A stretch of 64,000 nucleotides of DNA. Source: Chara braunii. Lineage: Eukaryota; Plantae; Charophyceae. The position numbers were made by a program, and so were the translations under genes. Where the stretch lies: positions 10,423,030-10,487,029 of the forward strand of contig BFEA01000001.1 in assembly GCA_003427395.1 (NCBI GenBank), given 5' to 3'. Of the stretch, positions 48,152 to 61,061 are shown piece after piece (the first letter of the stretch is position 1; every line of letters begins with the position of its first letter). Below the pieces are notes generated by a model. It worked only from the letters and a program-made list of their open reading frames with translations. It did no database searches and had not been told where the DNA came from.

Positions 48152-49168
48152 ATGGTTGAAGAAGGTGGTTTCGCCATGATCCTGCTCTGGAGGAGCTTGT
48201 GCCTCAGCAAAGTGCTGCTGTGCGAGTCGGTACAGGACTCGATGCCTCCAGATCTTCGTGCTTTGCTGTTTCAGGGAAGGAATTTGTCTGCCTTCCTACG
48301 CGGCTATCATGGCTTCAGTCTCATGAAGATGTGGGACGAAAAAGCGATGTCGAGCATGTTGCCGTTGTTTGTCTGCAAAGAGTTGAGTGAGGAAATGTAT
48401 ACTCTTATGGTAAAGTCGCGGACATGGGGTGAGCTGAAAACCTCTCTGAAGTTAAGGTTTCCCGAGGGTGCAGTAGAGAGCCAACTTGGTGAAAGCCATG
48501 TGCAACTAGCTGAGAATGCGTCAACGCGAGGAGAGCTAAGTGGTATACAGAGGCAAGTTGGGGTATTGGAAGAAAGGTTGACGCGACTAGAAGAGGCCAG
48601 ATATAGCAAGAGGAAGGTTTTTGAAGGTACGTCAAGTAAGCCGACTGGGCAGGATGGAGCAGAGGCAAGGGATGCTGATCGAGAGTCACTCCTCCGCAAA
48701 AGAACCCTGAGAAGGCGGGCTTGTGCTCAAGGGGGAGATGAAGGCGAGAGGTTGATTGAGGCAAAATTGGAACAGAAAACTAGCATAGCCCTGCCTATTG
48801 TTTCGTATGATCCGAAGAGGGGGGCTGTTGACGTGGAAGCGTCGTCAACTGCAGATAGGAGGGAGCGAAGGAGTAAGAGAGGGCGAGAACACTGGGCAAA
48901 GATGGTGTGTGATTGTTGTGAAAAGGCTGGTCATACCCCTCGAAGATGCAAAGAAAAGGGGATGACAGAGAAAAAAGAGGAGCCTGAACCTCCCAAGTTA
49001 ACGAAAGCACAGCGGAAAGCGAGAAACCCGGCCCAGGGAAGTCAAGGTATTGGAAAGGGGCAGTGTTCGCGACAAGTAGCGGCCGCCCCACAAGAAGTGG
49101 GGCCCACAAGAAGTGGGGGACAAAGCAACACAAAAGGGGCCTCTGTCGACCGAGCGGGAACTAAATAG
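48152..49168 (+). pseudogene. gag-like ORF of element B
   Basis: FQGRNLSAFLRGY...W...TWGELKTSLKLRF capsid-like start, a coiled-coil segment and knuckle CDCCEKAGHTPRRC. Confidence 0.75.
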
Positions 49169-52086
49169 GCAGTGGGCGTCGTGTAATCAAGTGGGTCTGC
49201 GGCCGATGTATAATCCATGTGTGTCATGGGCACAAGGCAGCTGTTTGGGCCCACAAATGAGCATGATGACGCTTGGGCCTCCCGCAATGCAGATCCGACC
49301 AACTTGACCTATGGGACTGTTGCGGCCACCAACCCAATAAGTGTCACAAGGCGGCGTGGCCGGTGGAGGAAGCCAAACACGGCAAACTGGAAGAGGCCGC
49401 GGGGATGGAGGACGAGGCAATGAAGGGCGTGGTGGCGGCAGAGGAGGCATTAGTGGGTGTGATGGACGTCGGCGGAACCATAAGTGGAATACAGGGAAGA
49501 GAAAGGTATGATAAACGGTAATTCAGATGGTAGCCGAGTAGGTAAAGTAGCGAAAGGAACGGGAAAGAGATGGTGGCGTGAAAGTTGATAAAAAGATGGG
49601 GTTAAAGAGAGTGTAGTAGTGCGAAGAGAGGAGTAACCCTAACCCTTAAGTTTGGAAAATATTCAGTCAGATGATGGTCCTGGATCGCCTTGGTTTGTTT
49701 TACCTTCAGTAGATTCAGTTGTATATACAAGGGCGTAGAGCTAGGATAGCAGGCTAACCAATTGTGTGATTTTAATTTCGTATTTTAGTCAGCAGGGAGC
49801 CTGACAATATACCAAGAGAGTTTCGTAATAATGGTCTGGTAAGGTAACCCGAGTTGTAGGCGGGAGGGACCCCAATAGAACAACTGTATATGTGGGGTAT
49901 GTTAGGCCTGCCTCAAATCGCGTTATTGGAATGTCTCAAGTGGATAGAGCAAGGAGTGGTTTTAAGGACATTATTACGAAATGAAGAGTCTATTCCACTA
50001 GACCTATCGTTGAGAGAAGAAGATATGAGACCTATTTTGTGTTTAGGTCAGGATGGTTGAACATGTGTGAGAAGTATGAAGGACTTGGGAAGAGACCTCA
50101 GCATATGTGAGGCAGACTCTCTAACCTAGAAGTGTAGTATATAAGGCTTGTGTATGAATGATTTTTTATGTTGCTTGGCTACTTAGATATGTCTTGAATT
50201 ACTTGGATCCCTCCGATTTGAGGGGTGTGATTACGTCCTGATCAAGACTGTTTCAATTTTAGCTCTGGTCAGGGAGACCGCGATTTTTGTGTGATATCGA
50301 TGCCAGTGTGAGTTGAGATTGTTCAACTCTGTGTGTATATATATAATTCAAAATCATATTGGTTCGCTTTTGAGTTGGGATATTATGTTCTGAAGTGTAT
50401 ATTTGAGTTGAGATTTTATCTGAGACTATCTCCTTATATATGACGATCACATTCACTCTCACATGTGTGGTTTTATCCTGATGTATGATGGTTTTGTGAG
50501 AGAGATGTATGAGGAACGTCTTATGTGTTTGTATTTTGAGAATGTGAATGAATTTGAACTGTCTACTCTTCGGTATACTCGTACGATCTGCCCATGGACG
50601 GGTGATAGGGCCGGGTATAAGAAGAGGGAGTGCAGTCTGTCTTTGTGAAAGAGTGTGAGAATCCTAAAGGATCTAATGAGTTTTTTAGGCTCGAACGCTT
50701 TACCATGCCTAATGTTTATTGTTGAGTTGTGATGAGGACCCATAAGTTGGTCCCTTTGTTTGAGTTGTTTTATGGTAAAGACGTCTTTGAGTGGGAACGC
50801 AGTCTTTTGTTTATTTGGAAGACTTATCTTTAGAGAGGGAAAATGTGTTAAAGAAAGGTCGCGTGAAAGTTCATCCTAAAAAGAGAAGGGATGACTGGGA
50901 GACCTATTGAGTGATACCTCCTTCATATGAAAGGTGGTTAATAAATTTAATGGCATGAAAAACTGATTTTGAATGATAAAGACTGACGAGAAGAACCAAG
51001 TTTTTTGTTTGGTCATTTGGTAAAATTTTGGAGGTCGCAAAAATGATTTATTTGGGAGACGTCGCTGAGAGGTGACCTTCTTACTCTGATCAAGTAGGGA
51101 GGTCACGGCCTCGTGAATCTGGCGGTGATTTTGTTTTGTGAATGTGGAGAGGTTGTCGTGTTTCTCTGTGTTGTCCCACAGAGGACTGGTAAATACCTTT
51201 TATGTGTGACAGACCTTTGCGTAGTCCCACAGTAGGCCTGTATTGTTGCGACACACCGTCCAACCACTTGTGCTAATTTTAGGACATTTATGAGAATACC
51301 AAGCTAACGGTAAAGTTTAGCATCACTAGGGCACAACCCCTAGTGTCGGCTGCTGATCGGCATAACCTGAACAGTAGGCCTACGTCTTGCCAAGGGAGTA
51401 AAGACTTAAAAGGGTGTGGCCACCTAAGAGGGTCTTACTCCTGCGGAACGGCGTGGGATAGGAATCGAGTTGAGTCTTTTTGAGTCCTGATTGAATGCTT
51501 ATCAGGAGAAAGTCTATCTCAGCGCAACCTGCGAAGGCACTACCGCTAAAATAACGACGCGGCCGTAGATCTGGCACGATCACCCAGGCTACCGTGGACC
51601 AAGATGGAGACCTAGCCTTCCTGTACTAGACTGCAGGAGGCGTTTGAGATAAGATTTATGTATATATATATATATGTTTCATTGCGAGAATTGTTGGAGG
51701 GAGGCAAAAGTGTCTTCAAAGTTCTCAGTTAGGGCTCGCGTCCCTAATTTTGGCCCTGCTTGCAGGGTAGAAATTAAGAACGCCTAATGAGGAGCTGACG
51801 TTTGTCTAGGACAAAGGGGAAATGACAACTGAGAGGGCCGCTGAGGCTTATGCTGTAGTACGTATGTCTAGTACACCGACATCCTAGTGTCAGGACAATA
51901 GAGACCCATGTTAGAATCCTGACGGCATATAGTTATATGGGCTTGGATTGTTGGAGGCCTCGAACCTGAGTCTGTTGGCTAATCGGATTGATTCCTTTCT
52001 CGTCAGCGTTTTGGATTATGGTTGAACTGATAGTTTTTTTGATCCTGCGAAGCGACGGGGACGTCGCTTAATATGGTCCGGTAAGC

Positions 52087-55000
52087 TGTCGGTGCAAATA
52101 CCCTTACAAGGGTATCCGCCCTGGCTTTTGCAAGTGACAAAAAATAAGTTTGGTTTCAAATCTAAGTATTTCGCACGAGGCGTTGCTGCGTCTGTGACTT
52201 ACGTTGGCTGAAGGTTGACTAGAATAGAGAGTGTGTAGGCGCGCAGGCTTGAGGCGCACGTGATTTGATTTATTGATGACTGAAGAACCGGCGTGATCGC
52301 CGACCATATTTTTATTTATTTATGATTTGAATTATGATTAAAAATAGTTTTGCCTTTTGATTGGTGCGCTTGCCCATGACTTGTGCGACATGCGGAGGAC
52401 GACGTCGACAACAATGTGATTTTGAAGACGTTTCGGTAAATCTGCGCGTCGCGCAATATTCGCTTATTTAGGTGTCCGTCAGTGCTAGAACCAGCCTTGG
52501 GCCTAGCACTATTGGTTACAGCGTCTGACTTTCATCTGAGAGATTCAGGGATCGAGATCGAGCATCGACGGCGCGGGATATCAGAGTAGCGCGAAGGGGC
52601 CGAGGGGTTGAGGGCCCGACGGGGCTATCCCCCTTGGTTTTGCCGTCAGCGGAGTCGCAGCGGTGCCACAGTTCCTTTTTCAGTCATCGCTGGCAATTAA
52701 AATTTTCTAAATGTGTTATTATTTATTGTCATTGTTAATTATTTTTATGTTTTGGTGTTCTCTGAATCAAGACGTGGCGCTGGGTTTGAGGACCGTCACG
52801 GCGGCCGAGGACCTTGAGCGCGCGCTTCCCTTAGTTGACCAACCGGGCTTTGTTGGGGGACCGTAGCAATGCCGCGGCAAGCTGCGGACCATGGGGGACC
52901 CATCGCTACTTCGGTCCTCAAAATTATCATTTGAATATTTGCTACTATCATTAAGATCTGCATTGGGACCCCCCCTCCGACTGGATCCATGCCTCGGGCC
53001 TACAGTAGCCCCGCAAACTTGATTGTCTGTGTGTGGGCGACCGCTGGTGGCCAAAGGCAGTGGCGCAGTCCGCCTAACCGGAGCAGGCCAGAGGTAGACC
53101 AAGGGGAGGCTGTAGCGGGCTGGCAGCAAAGCCAGCTGACCACACTGCTCGTCGGGCGGAGTATAGAGGTGAAAGACTCATCGACCGTATGGTAATCGAC
53201 CATTTTCAGGCTATCGCCTACGGAAAAGCTGACCAAACTGTGTTGGGCGTGGCGGGGCCGCCGTGGTCGGATGCTGCATCGGTGGCAGCGGGGCAGAGCA
53301 AGGCAGCGGAGCGACGGGAAGAGTGGAGTCGAAGTTTTCTAGGCAGGGCGAATTAGATTATGCAGTTAGTTTGTGGGTTAGAGTGCTGTGCAGGGAGGTT
53401 AGTGAGAAAAGCATCGCGCGAAGGTATAGCGGAGATAGAGGGAAAGTGGAGAAGAAGGAGGTGGATGAATGCATATCTCGCCCATTTCCGGACGAAATTG
53501 GGCGAGGGAGGACTCAAACCGGGGGTTTTGGGGCATGGCGACCCCGATCCTGAAGTCATAATTAGTAAAAAGTTAGCAGAAGAAGATTTAGTAGAACAAA
53601 GTGCTGCGTGAAAGTGTCGGGAGAGGCGGATATGGCAGAGAGTGGGGAGCTTTGCCCATCCGATTTTTGACATAATCGGACGAGGGGAGCCGCGTTTTTG
53701 ATGATTTGGAGTAAGATGGATGAGATGAAGAAATTAGTTCTGTTAACAAGTTAGTAGGAAGGTGGATATGGGAAAAGAAGGGGCTGCATGGAGGGAGGGA
53801 GGATAGCAGAAAGTCCATGTATCTAACTTTTTTCAGGCGGTAGGTTCATTCAATTTTGCTCACTGTATCGATGGACGTAGCCGCCGCTTATCCCTCTGCA
53901 CATACGATTTGAAGGCGATATATACTTCTGCATTCTAGCGAGAGATTCATTTATCACTTGAAGATAGTGGGGCAGTTGATGCCACACGCATTGGTCGGAG
54001 TCGCGGTACGGCTCATACGGGTCTCGATCCCGGTGCAGTTTTCTGTAGGCTACCATCATCGCTTCTGTTAGTGCTCTTGGCCTTCGCTCTGTCGGCGCAT
54101 GATAACAACGGTGATCCCCATAGCAGTGGAGCTGACAAAGGAATAATGGGTCGTTAGAAAAGTGGAAGGATGAACGAGAAGAGAATGAGGAGATAGGCAA
54201 AAGGAAAGTCGAGCAGAGGCAGGGAAAATGTTGAGACTAAAGACTCACCTGCTCATTGATACGCTGCCCGAACTGAGGAGATTGCAGGCCTAGCTGCTGG
54301 CCAGTGGGCCACCCAATGCATTAGCCGAAGTGACGAGGAGTGCCCGCCACGGGGTGAAAAAACCTTACCTTGCAAACACACGTTGCCCAGTGAGCCACTG
54401 ACAGTGGAGTAAGGTCCGCCGTGAAGATTTGCAGATTGACTGGTGTGCTGCCCTTTATAGCAAGCAGAGTAGTGTGAGTCCGACCACGGGCTGAATACTT
54501 GTTAGAGCTTGGTAAAGGCTACACAATCAGCACATGCGCACACTCCACCTGTTGAGTGACCAGCTAAACTGCGGTGACTGTTGTCATTATGGCATGAGAG
54601 GGGACCGAGCTTCGTGGTGCTGACCCGAGTCTGAAGCTATAGCTAGTCGGACTGCGCTGCTGTTACACTGTGGTGCTGTAGAAAGAAGACTGTCTTGAGC
54701 TGTAGCCTGTGCATTTCGGGTCACGAAGTTGTGGCATGGTTGAGTCTTTGAAGGAGGCAGAGTCGTCGTTTGTGAAGTGGGAGAGTCGCCAGGGAGTCAA
54801 TGGTTGAATGATTTGACTTCAGTCGACCAGGCTGGTAAGCACTTCGGCCATCATTGTGGGGCCTTCAGGCGTGTCAAGGTATCAAGGCCCTCTCCCGCGA
54901 GTTGAGAGCACCCTCCTTGGATCTGAAAGACTGAATCATTCTTCCTCTGCCTAACTTACTCTAAGTCTAGTATATTGGTTACGAGAGGAAGACGACAGGC

Positions 55001-58000
55001 GGGATTGCAACCCGTAGGACCTCATCAAGACTTTGTGGGGAGTCCACCCACCGATTGCAGGAGCTATGCCGGAACCTATGCGAGGTTCTGGAGGCAGGAA
55101 ACCATCAGGTAAACCATCTTTGTCTGTATGACCCACCGTGTCCATGTTTGCCTATCTCCGTGTAGTTTGACTAATGTATGCATGTGATTGCCCCTATGAT
55201 TTTACTTTCTTCCAAGATTTAATCAGACTAATGGAAGGAGTGTGTGAGAGTGAAGCATAAGTTTCATCATTATTTCTGTCTGAAAACAAATTAAGGTATG
55301 AACTGGGGAAAGATTGGAGGAAGGCAGACTGCATGCGTTTAACTGGGTCAACCAAGGGCTGGGCATTGTTTCTAAGCTGAATGGTCCAGGGCTATGTTTA
55401 TTTGGCTGTTTTATGAAGGGCCATATATTGTTTCTAAGTTGAATGGCGTGGTTGTTGTGTTTATTTCTGAGGGTTTGCCTGACTGAAGGGTTTAATTACT
55501 TGTTTCATTCTGAGGGAGAATTTTTGGTCTAAGGCTAAGCATTGTTTCTAAGCTGAATGGTTTAGCCTGAAACTAGGCATATAAGTATAAACTGAGTATA
55601 AAAGAAAGTACTTCACTTATATTTGCATGTGAACTGGCAGTTGGGCATTGTTTCCAAGCCGAATGGTCCAGCGCTAAGCCATATCACTAAGAAGAAAAGG
55701 AAAACTGCAGAGTATAATTGGAAGTAGTCTAGGCAAGCTGAACACTGTTTCCAAGCCGAATGGTTTAGTCCCCTGCCCATATTTGCATTTTGTTTTTCGA
55801 ACAAAGTCAAAAAGTTATTAAGTTTTGGATATTAAACAGTTTAAGGCGGGTAGGCATTGTTTCAAAGCCGAATGGTCTAGTCAAATGCCCAAAGAAGATA
55901 GAAGTAGTATTGCAACATGTTCATGTATATCTTAAAGGCACGTTAGACATTGTTTCTAAGCTAAATGGTCTAGTATTGTGCTATATATAAGTTGGATATA
56001 AGCGTTGAATCATTTGAGGGTTTCATGAACTATCTTATATAAAGTGACTTGGAGCTGGTGAGAGTACTTATCTTTGTGGTTTGGCGTTGCATGTGACTGA
56101 GTGAGATTACTACTTGGTCTGAGTTACGGTTTGATAGGTAGTTGCTTTAGACGCTCGCCACATGCTAGAGTCATAGGAGTTAGTTTCAATTTCTGCATTA
56201 TTTTGGCTAAGTTTATTTTTACTTAGGTCGAAATCTGCATTTTCTGGGATCATTTATTATACTTGGTTTTGTATAAATTTTGGTAAGCGACTTTCTCTAC
56301 GGGAAGTGCAACCGAAATTTCTACAAAACCAAGGAGTTAGTCAGATTTTGTCTTTTTCATGGTCCAGTTTTTCAGACTTTTTGGCTTAGTAAAAATTTGG
56401 AAAACCTTCTTCTCTAAAGGAAGTGTTGCCCAAATTTTTACTAGTTCAGGGAGTTAAACAAAATTTGACTTTCCAGAATTATAATTGATTTTTGTTTTCA
56501 TATTTGAGTTATTATAAATTCTGATAAGACATTTTTCCTACGGGAAGCGTTGCCGACATTTTCTTAATTTAGAGGAGTTAGGTTTTATTTTGACAGGTGA
56601 CAATCTTGGAAATCCACTCTATATAGAGCAGATTCTGCCAGGGTCTACCTTTCTTTTGGCACTTTCTTAGAGGTAGACTCGGTTTACGACTCAACTCCAA
56701 TCCACTTTTGTCACTCAAGCTAAAGGCTTTAGTGTTGTGATTTGAATTGTTTTGTTGTGTTTTCGCCCGGACTTTATTTGAATGGTCATTTAAAGAAAAA
56801 TATTGAGTATTTTATTTTGAGAATTGCACAAAGAGTGAGGCTTGTATGGCTAAAAGCAAGGGGTGTGAGTGTAGAGAATGGTTGAAGTTGACCCCGTGTA
56901 GTGCATGAACTTTTTGGTTGAATCTTTGATGTGATTGCAGGTATGTTTGGTGATTAAGACTTTGGATTTGACTGTCTGCGCTCACATACATATATATATG
57001 GCTAAGAGGAGTCCCACTGTGACTGTGAGAAGTGATCGTCCTATATTAATAACCCTCTATATATATGTATTCAGTGTTTCGTGTGGCCTACTGTGACCGC
57101 GCGTAAGGGTTAAACAGATTATGTTTTCAAAGAAAATGAGACTTCCCCTTTTTAACATTTGTTTTTTAGAATTTTTATGGTTGGACGTTATAATCCGTGG
57201 CAGTCATCAAAGTCAAACCCCTTTATTTCTCTCGAGGCCGTAGATGATGGAGCTGGTCTCTAGGGCAATAAGAGTTGATTGTCACCACAGGTATGAACCT
57301 GTGTACCACCCACGCTCCGCAGGGTGCAGAAGAGGGTGTGGTTTTCAACCTCACTTGGCGGTTGTCCACCGTCGAGAGATCACCCCCAAAGGCGCGTATC
57401 AGCCGACACTTGAGTGTTGAATGCGACCCTCGAGATTAACAAGGACCGCATAAGCATGGGTACTACATAGTACGCCATCATTGCGACTGCTTGCGTATGT
57501 TTGCATTGAGAGTCGATATGAGTTAGCCCGGCGTCCGCGCAATTTTATACTAAGTCTCACACGCGTCGCGTATCTGATTTCCGCATCGGAGAGTTATGGG
57601 AAGACTACTAAGGGACTAGAAGTGTGGTCGCATTGTTTGTTTTGTGTCGTTTCGTGTATATGTACGTGTGCGTGTTTTTTATGTTCTTTGGAGTGTGGGA
57701 TGCGTCATAGTCGACCAGCGACGAGTCGCACTTAGGACCTCAGCCGCCCAAGACGTCGGTTCGCGTGCGGGTCCGATAGAGGCGTATTACCACGCGTACA
57801 CCCTATGCTACAGCGAACGAGAAACGCCCTCGGCTGGTCCACCTCTGCGATTGCAACTGATTAGCTTTCGTATTGTGGTCGGTAGCTCGGCGGGGATACG
57901 CCCATCGAAGGGAGATGACAACTCCCCTAAGGTTGAGGTAAGTCGTGCCTCGCATAGGCTCTATCCTGTCGTAGGGGTTCGCGAGAGGTATGGCTGACGC

Positions 58001-58126
58001 ACTCGGCCAGAGCGGCTTGCGGAAGATCCATATGCATTTGCGACGAGGATTAAAACCAACTCCTGTGTGACGCGGCCGTGGAGGTCCCTCACTGCCTTGT
58101 GCGGTGCCGGACGGATGGGCTTGACA
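52087..58126 (+). repeat. 3' LTR of element B (6040 bp)
   Basis: TGTCGGTGC...TTGACA, colinear with the 5' LTR, with the same seven-motif array at 55364-55970. Confidence 0.93.
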
Positions 58127-58196
58127 CCTGGCCCCCTTTCGCAAACCAAAACACTCCGACCGGAAGGCAGTGCAGGGGGTGAGGTTGAACGTCACA
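58127..58196 (+). mobile_element. Last 70 bp of the family-A solo LTR
   Basis: AACACTCCGA..GGAAG..GGGGTGAGGTTGAACGTCACA matches the end of the A LTR (AACACTCCGA..GGAAG..GGGCGTGAGGTTGGGCGTCACA). Confidence 0.85.
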
Positions 58197-58756
58197 TATT
58201 CCCGGTACGTCATGGCCCCCTTGAAGTCTAAACCGGTTGGTACTAGTACCACTCGCCGGACGTGCTCTGCGCCACCCATTCGCTGTAACAAAAAGGGTGG
58301 CAACCTCATTCGTACGTTTTTACTTGGCAGGGTGAAGGTACCTGCCATAGCGGTTTTTACTTCTGTCGTTACGTTATCTAACTCAGGTTCTGCAAACGCA
58401 AACCCCTCCCGCCATGTTAGTTGCCATGATCCTTTGAACATATACAGGGGGCCATCCCTAGATGCCAAAGTGATCGCAAAGGTACACCGACTTTCCTCCG
58501 ACAGATACAACGTCTCTTTAGCATAGATGCACTCCGGGAGATCCAGATTTCAGGCCCCAATTTTGTCCGTCGCATGCCATTATAGTTTCACTATCAGATA
58601 TACTGCATCCTCCACAAACTTTATACCTACCCAGTCCATTACCGGGTTACTCACCCCACTACTTGTTGACATGCTTATCTCCACCCTACTATCCGTTTTG
58701 CGTGGTGGCAGGATCCTAACTGGTCTGTCTTCCCAGAGCGTCCGTCTTCAAGCCAT
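58197..58756 (-). pseudogene. Unknown-family paralogue P3, N-terminal part
   Basis: MA*RR...VEISMSTSSGVSNPVMDWVGIKFVEDAVYLIVKL*W...TLYLSEESRCTFAITLASRDGPLYMF...LDNV...RLPPFL; one frame with three stops. Confidence 0.75.
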
Positions 58757-58879
58757 CACGTTGCGTCTTCTTGTTTCTCCGTTTGCGGTCGGCAATTATA
58801 TCCACAAAATTTTACGTGTTTGTCTTAGTCTTCCTTAATTTACAGAGCTGGTTTTCTGTATATACATTAATTCATCGTC

Positions 58880-60191
58880 TTTTTCCCGTTCAATGCATGT
58901 TTTGACCCTTTACATGTCTCTCTGACGCCCTACTTGCTCGAGAGCTAGTTTTCTTTAGTCAAAACCATAGGGATTCAAACAATAAGAACACGTTGCCTAA
59001 ATAAGAGGGGGTCGTCGCCACCTCGTGGCGAAGTATAACATTTCTCGTTTCGTAATCCACCTCGGTCCGATCGTCCCTGACTGCTCTTAAGATGATGAGG
59101 ACCTCCTAAGCCCTGTCATTGTAGAAAGACCATTCTTCCAACGAGATTTTGTAAAACTCGTCGGACAGCCACGAGAACTCGAGGTATACATCGTCTAGGG
59201 ATTCCACTACTCTGTAAATATGTTCATAACACAAACGGTTATCGGGTAGTCGAAAATTCAGGAATGAAAATTCTGAAGTGAGAGTTTTTGGCCGTCTGAA
59301 AATCCTGAATGGTCCTGAAGTGGTGAAAGGTCCGAAGACCCTGAAAACCACCTGTTTAGGCAGGCTGCATCCTAAAGTGGTGAAGGGTGTCCTAAAGTGG
59401 TAAAGTGAGAGTTTTGGGCAGTTTGAAAATCCTGAATGGTTCTGAAGTGGTGAAAGGTCTAAAGACCATGAAAACCACCCTTCACCACTTGAGGATGCAG
59501 CCTGCCTAAACAGGTGGTTTTCATGGTCTTCGAAGCTTTAAGCACTTCAGGACCATTCAGGATTTTCGGACCTGAATGGTTATGAAGTGGTGAAAGGTCC
59601 GAAGACCCTTAAAACCACCTGTTTAGGTAGACTGCATCCTGAAGTGGTGAAGGGTGTCCTGAAGTGGTGATGAAAAATACGACTGTTGTTAACCTTCTCT
59701 CGTTCATAACCCCCGGACCAATTTGCCACAAAGCTCAACATCTAGGCCTGGGCTGATTGACACAACAGCCTGAATTCCTCCCATCCTCCCATAAGGACTT
59801 TGTTGCTAATCTCATCTCATCCCTCATTGACAAAACTATTTGCCTGATTTTTAGTCCAATGTTATGCTTCTCCTAAGATCCATATCGGGTCTTGTCCGGA
59901 TGCTAACGTTGTGCAAAACAGATGCCAACCTTTTTGCAACAGACAAATTGTTTCGAGGAACTCCACATCCCCCTTAACCATCTCGTCCCATCCTTCATCT
60001 TCCCTTATCGAGCTCCATATTCGTTCTACCCAGAAATATGAGAATTCTGAAGCGATCTCCAACTCGACCCAGCCACAGATAGTTCATCTCCACTTGTTTC
60101 TTGATGGTATGGACATTTCTACTCCCCCTCTGAGTTATCTTGGTCTCCATCCCCTAAGCTTGCGATCATTTAGACACTATTCTCTAGCCAT
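58880..60191 (-). pseudogene. Unknown-family paralogue P2, interrupted by a repeat insertion (3' end approximate)
   Basis: MARE*...VEMSIP...GWVELEIASEFSYFWVERIW...TICLLQKGWHLFCTTLASGQDPIWIL...RA*EVLIILRAV...VILRHEV...NVFLLF. Confidence 0.72.
59255..59675. repeat. Insertion of ~125-bp units in direct-direct-inverted-direct arrangement
   Basis: Unit cctgaatggtcctgaagtggtgaaaggtccgaagaccctgaaaaccacctgtttaggcaggctgcatcc... at ~59304, 59430 (partial) and 59571; reverse complement at ~59478-59568. Confidence 0.88.
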
Positions 60192-60249
60192 CTTCCTACT
60201 TGCACGACGCTAACCACCCATTCCACCCGTGCCTGTGAGCCCTTCTTCT

Positions 60250-61061
60250 TAGAAGTTTCAATCCTCTGTCTCGTTTTACTCCTCTGCGTCGATGAAGTCG
60301 TCTTCCTCTTCGCAGAATAACTCCCCTAGCTCATTCAAAAAAGTTTATCATATTGCCACATGCTTGTAAACTATCTTCCAATGCGTGGGGCTTGGGACAT
60401 AGACGTCATCCATGCTAAGACAATTTAACATCTCAACTAGTTCTTTTGCCCAACTTCCTTCGAAGGGTCTTATTTCTACTGATTGGTCGGAATAAGTCTT
60501 GTCCGGTGCATTGGTATTGCCCGAGGTTTGTCATGGACTGACATATCTGAACTAGCCTGCTCCGGGTCCCGAAGACGGCGTCTGCCAGGAACGGTGGCAA
60601 CACACACCTCATTGTTTTAAGTGGTTGTCTCACGTTTTCTTTATCCTTGAGTTCCACGCTTACGTCTACCTCATCCAATTTCATCTTTACTCGCTTACAA
60701 GCTGCCCATACTACTTTCCGTTCCGCCCATCTAAACAGTTTGAACGGGACTATCCCGGTGTCAAATCAACAACCATAGTGTTTTCCCCTTCTTGGGATAG
60801 ATAAATCCATCATCGAACCTCCACTGTCCCTCGAAATTCCATATCAGTCAAACTTAGCGTCGTCCGCGTCAAGCTGACCTTGGTCCATAGGGTCTCTATC
60901 CAAAGAAAGACGTCCCCCTCGTCCAACATTACGGTCTGATAGGCCGGTTCTAGGTTAGTCCAGGTTCCCTCTTCCGGGAGGATGACTGATACCTTATCCT
61001 TTACATCTACCGACATTTCCGGTCCACTATAATAGATAGGAGATGATAGTCACCTCGCCAT
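60250..61061 (-). pseudogene. Unknown-family paralogue P1 (3' end approximate)
   Basis: MAR*...YQTVMLDEGDVFLWIETLW...IYLSQE...LDEVDVSVELK...PLKTMRCVLPPFL...IRPFEGSWAKELVEML...WKIVYKHV...ELF, with frameshifts. Confidence 0.72.

Larger units (their letters stand above)
39152..58126 (+). mobile_element. Large non-autonomous Athila-like LTR element B (19 kb)
   Basis: Direct repeats 39152-44437 and 52087-58126 with TGTCGG...GACA ends, a tRNA-Asp PBS and a gag-like ORF. I could not recognise RT or integrase. No matching TSD (CCCAT/CCTGG). Confidence 0.9.

Noticed and set aside
49500-52086. pol remnants in element B
   Set aside because: I could not recognise protease, RT, RNase H or integrase motifs by eye.
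58127-58142. Decayed PBS after the 3' LTR of B
   Set aside because: Better explained as the continuation of the family-A solo LTR, which ends at 58196.
57803-58510. 235-aa ORF as a single gene
   Set aside because: Chimeric: only 58197-58510 belongs to P3; the rest reads into two LTR ends.
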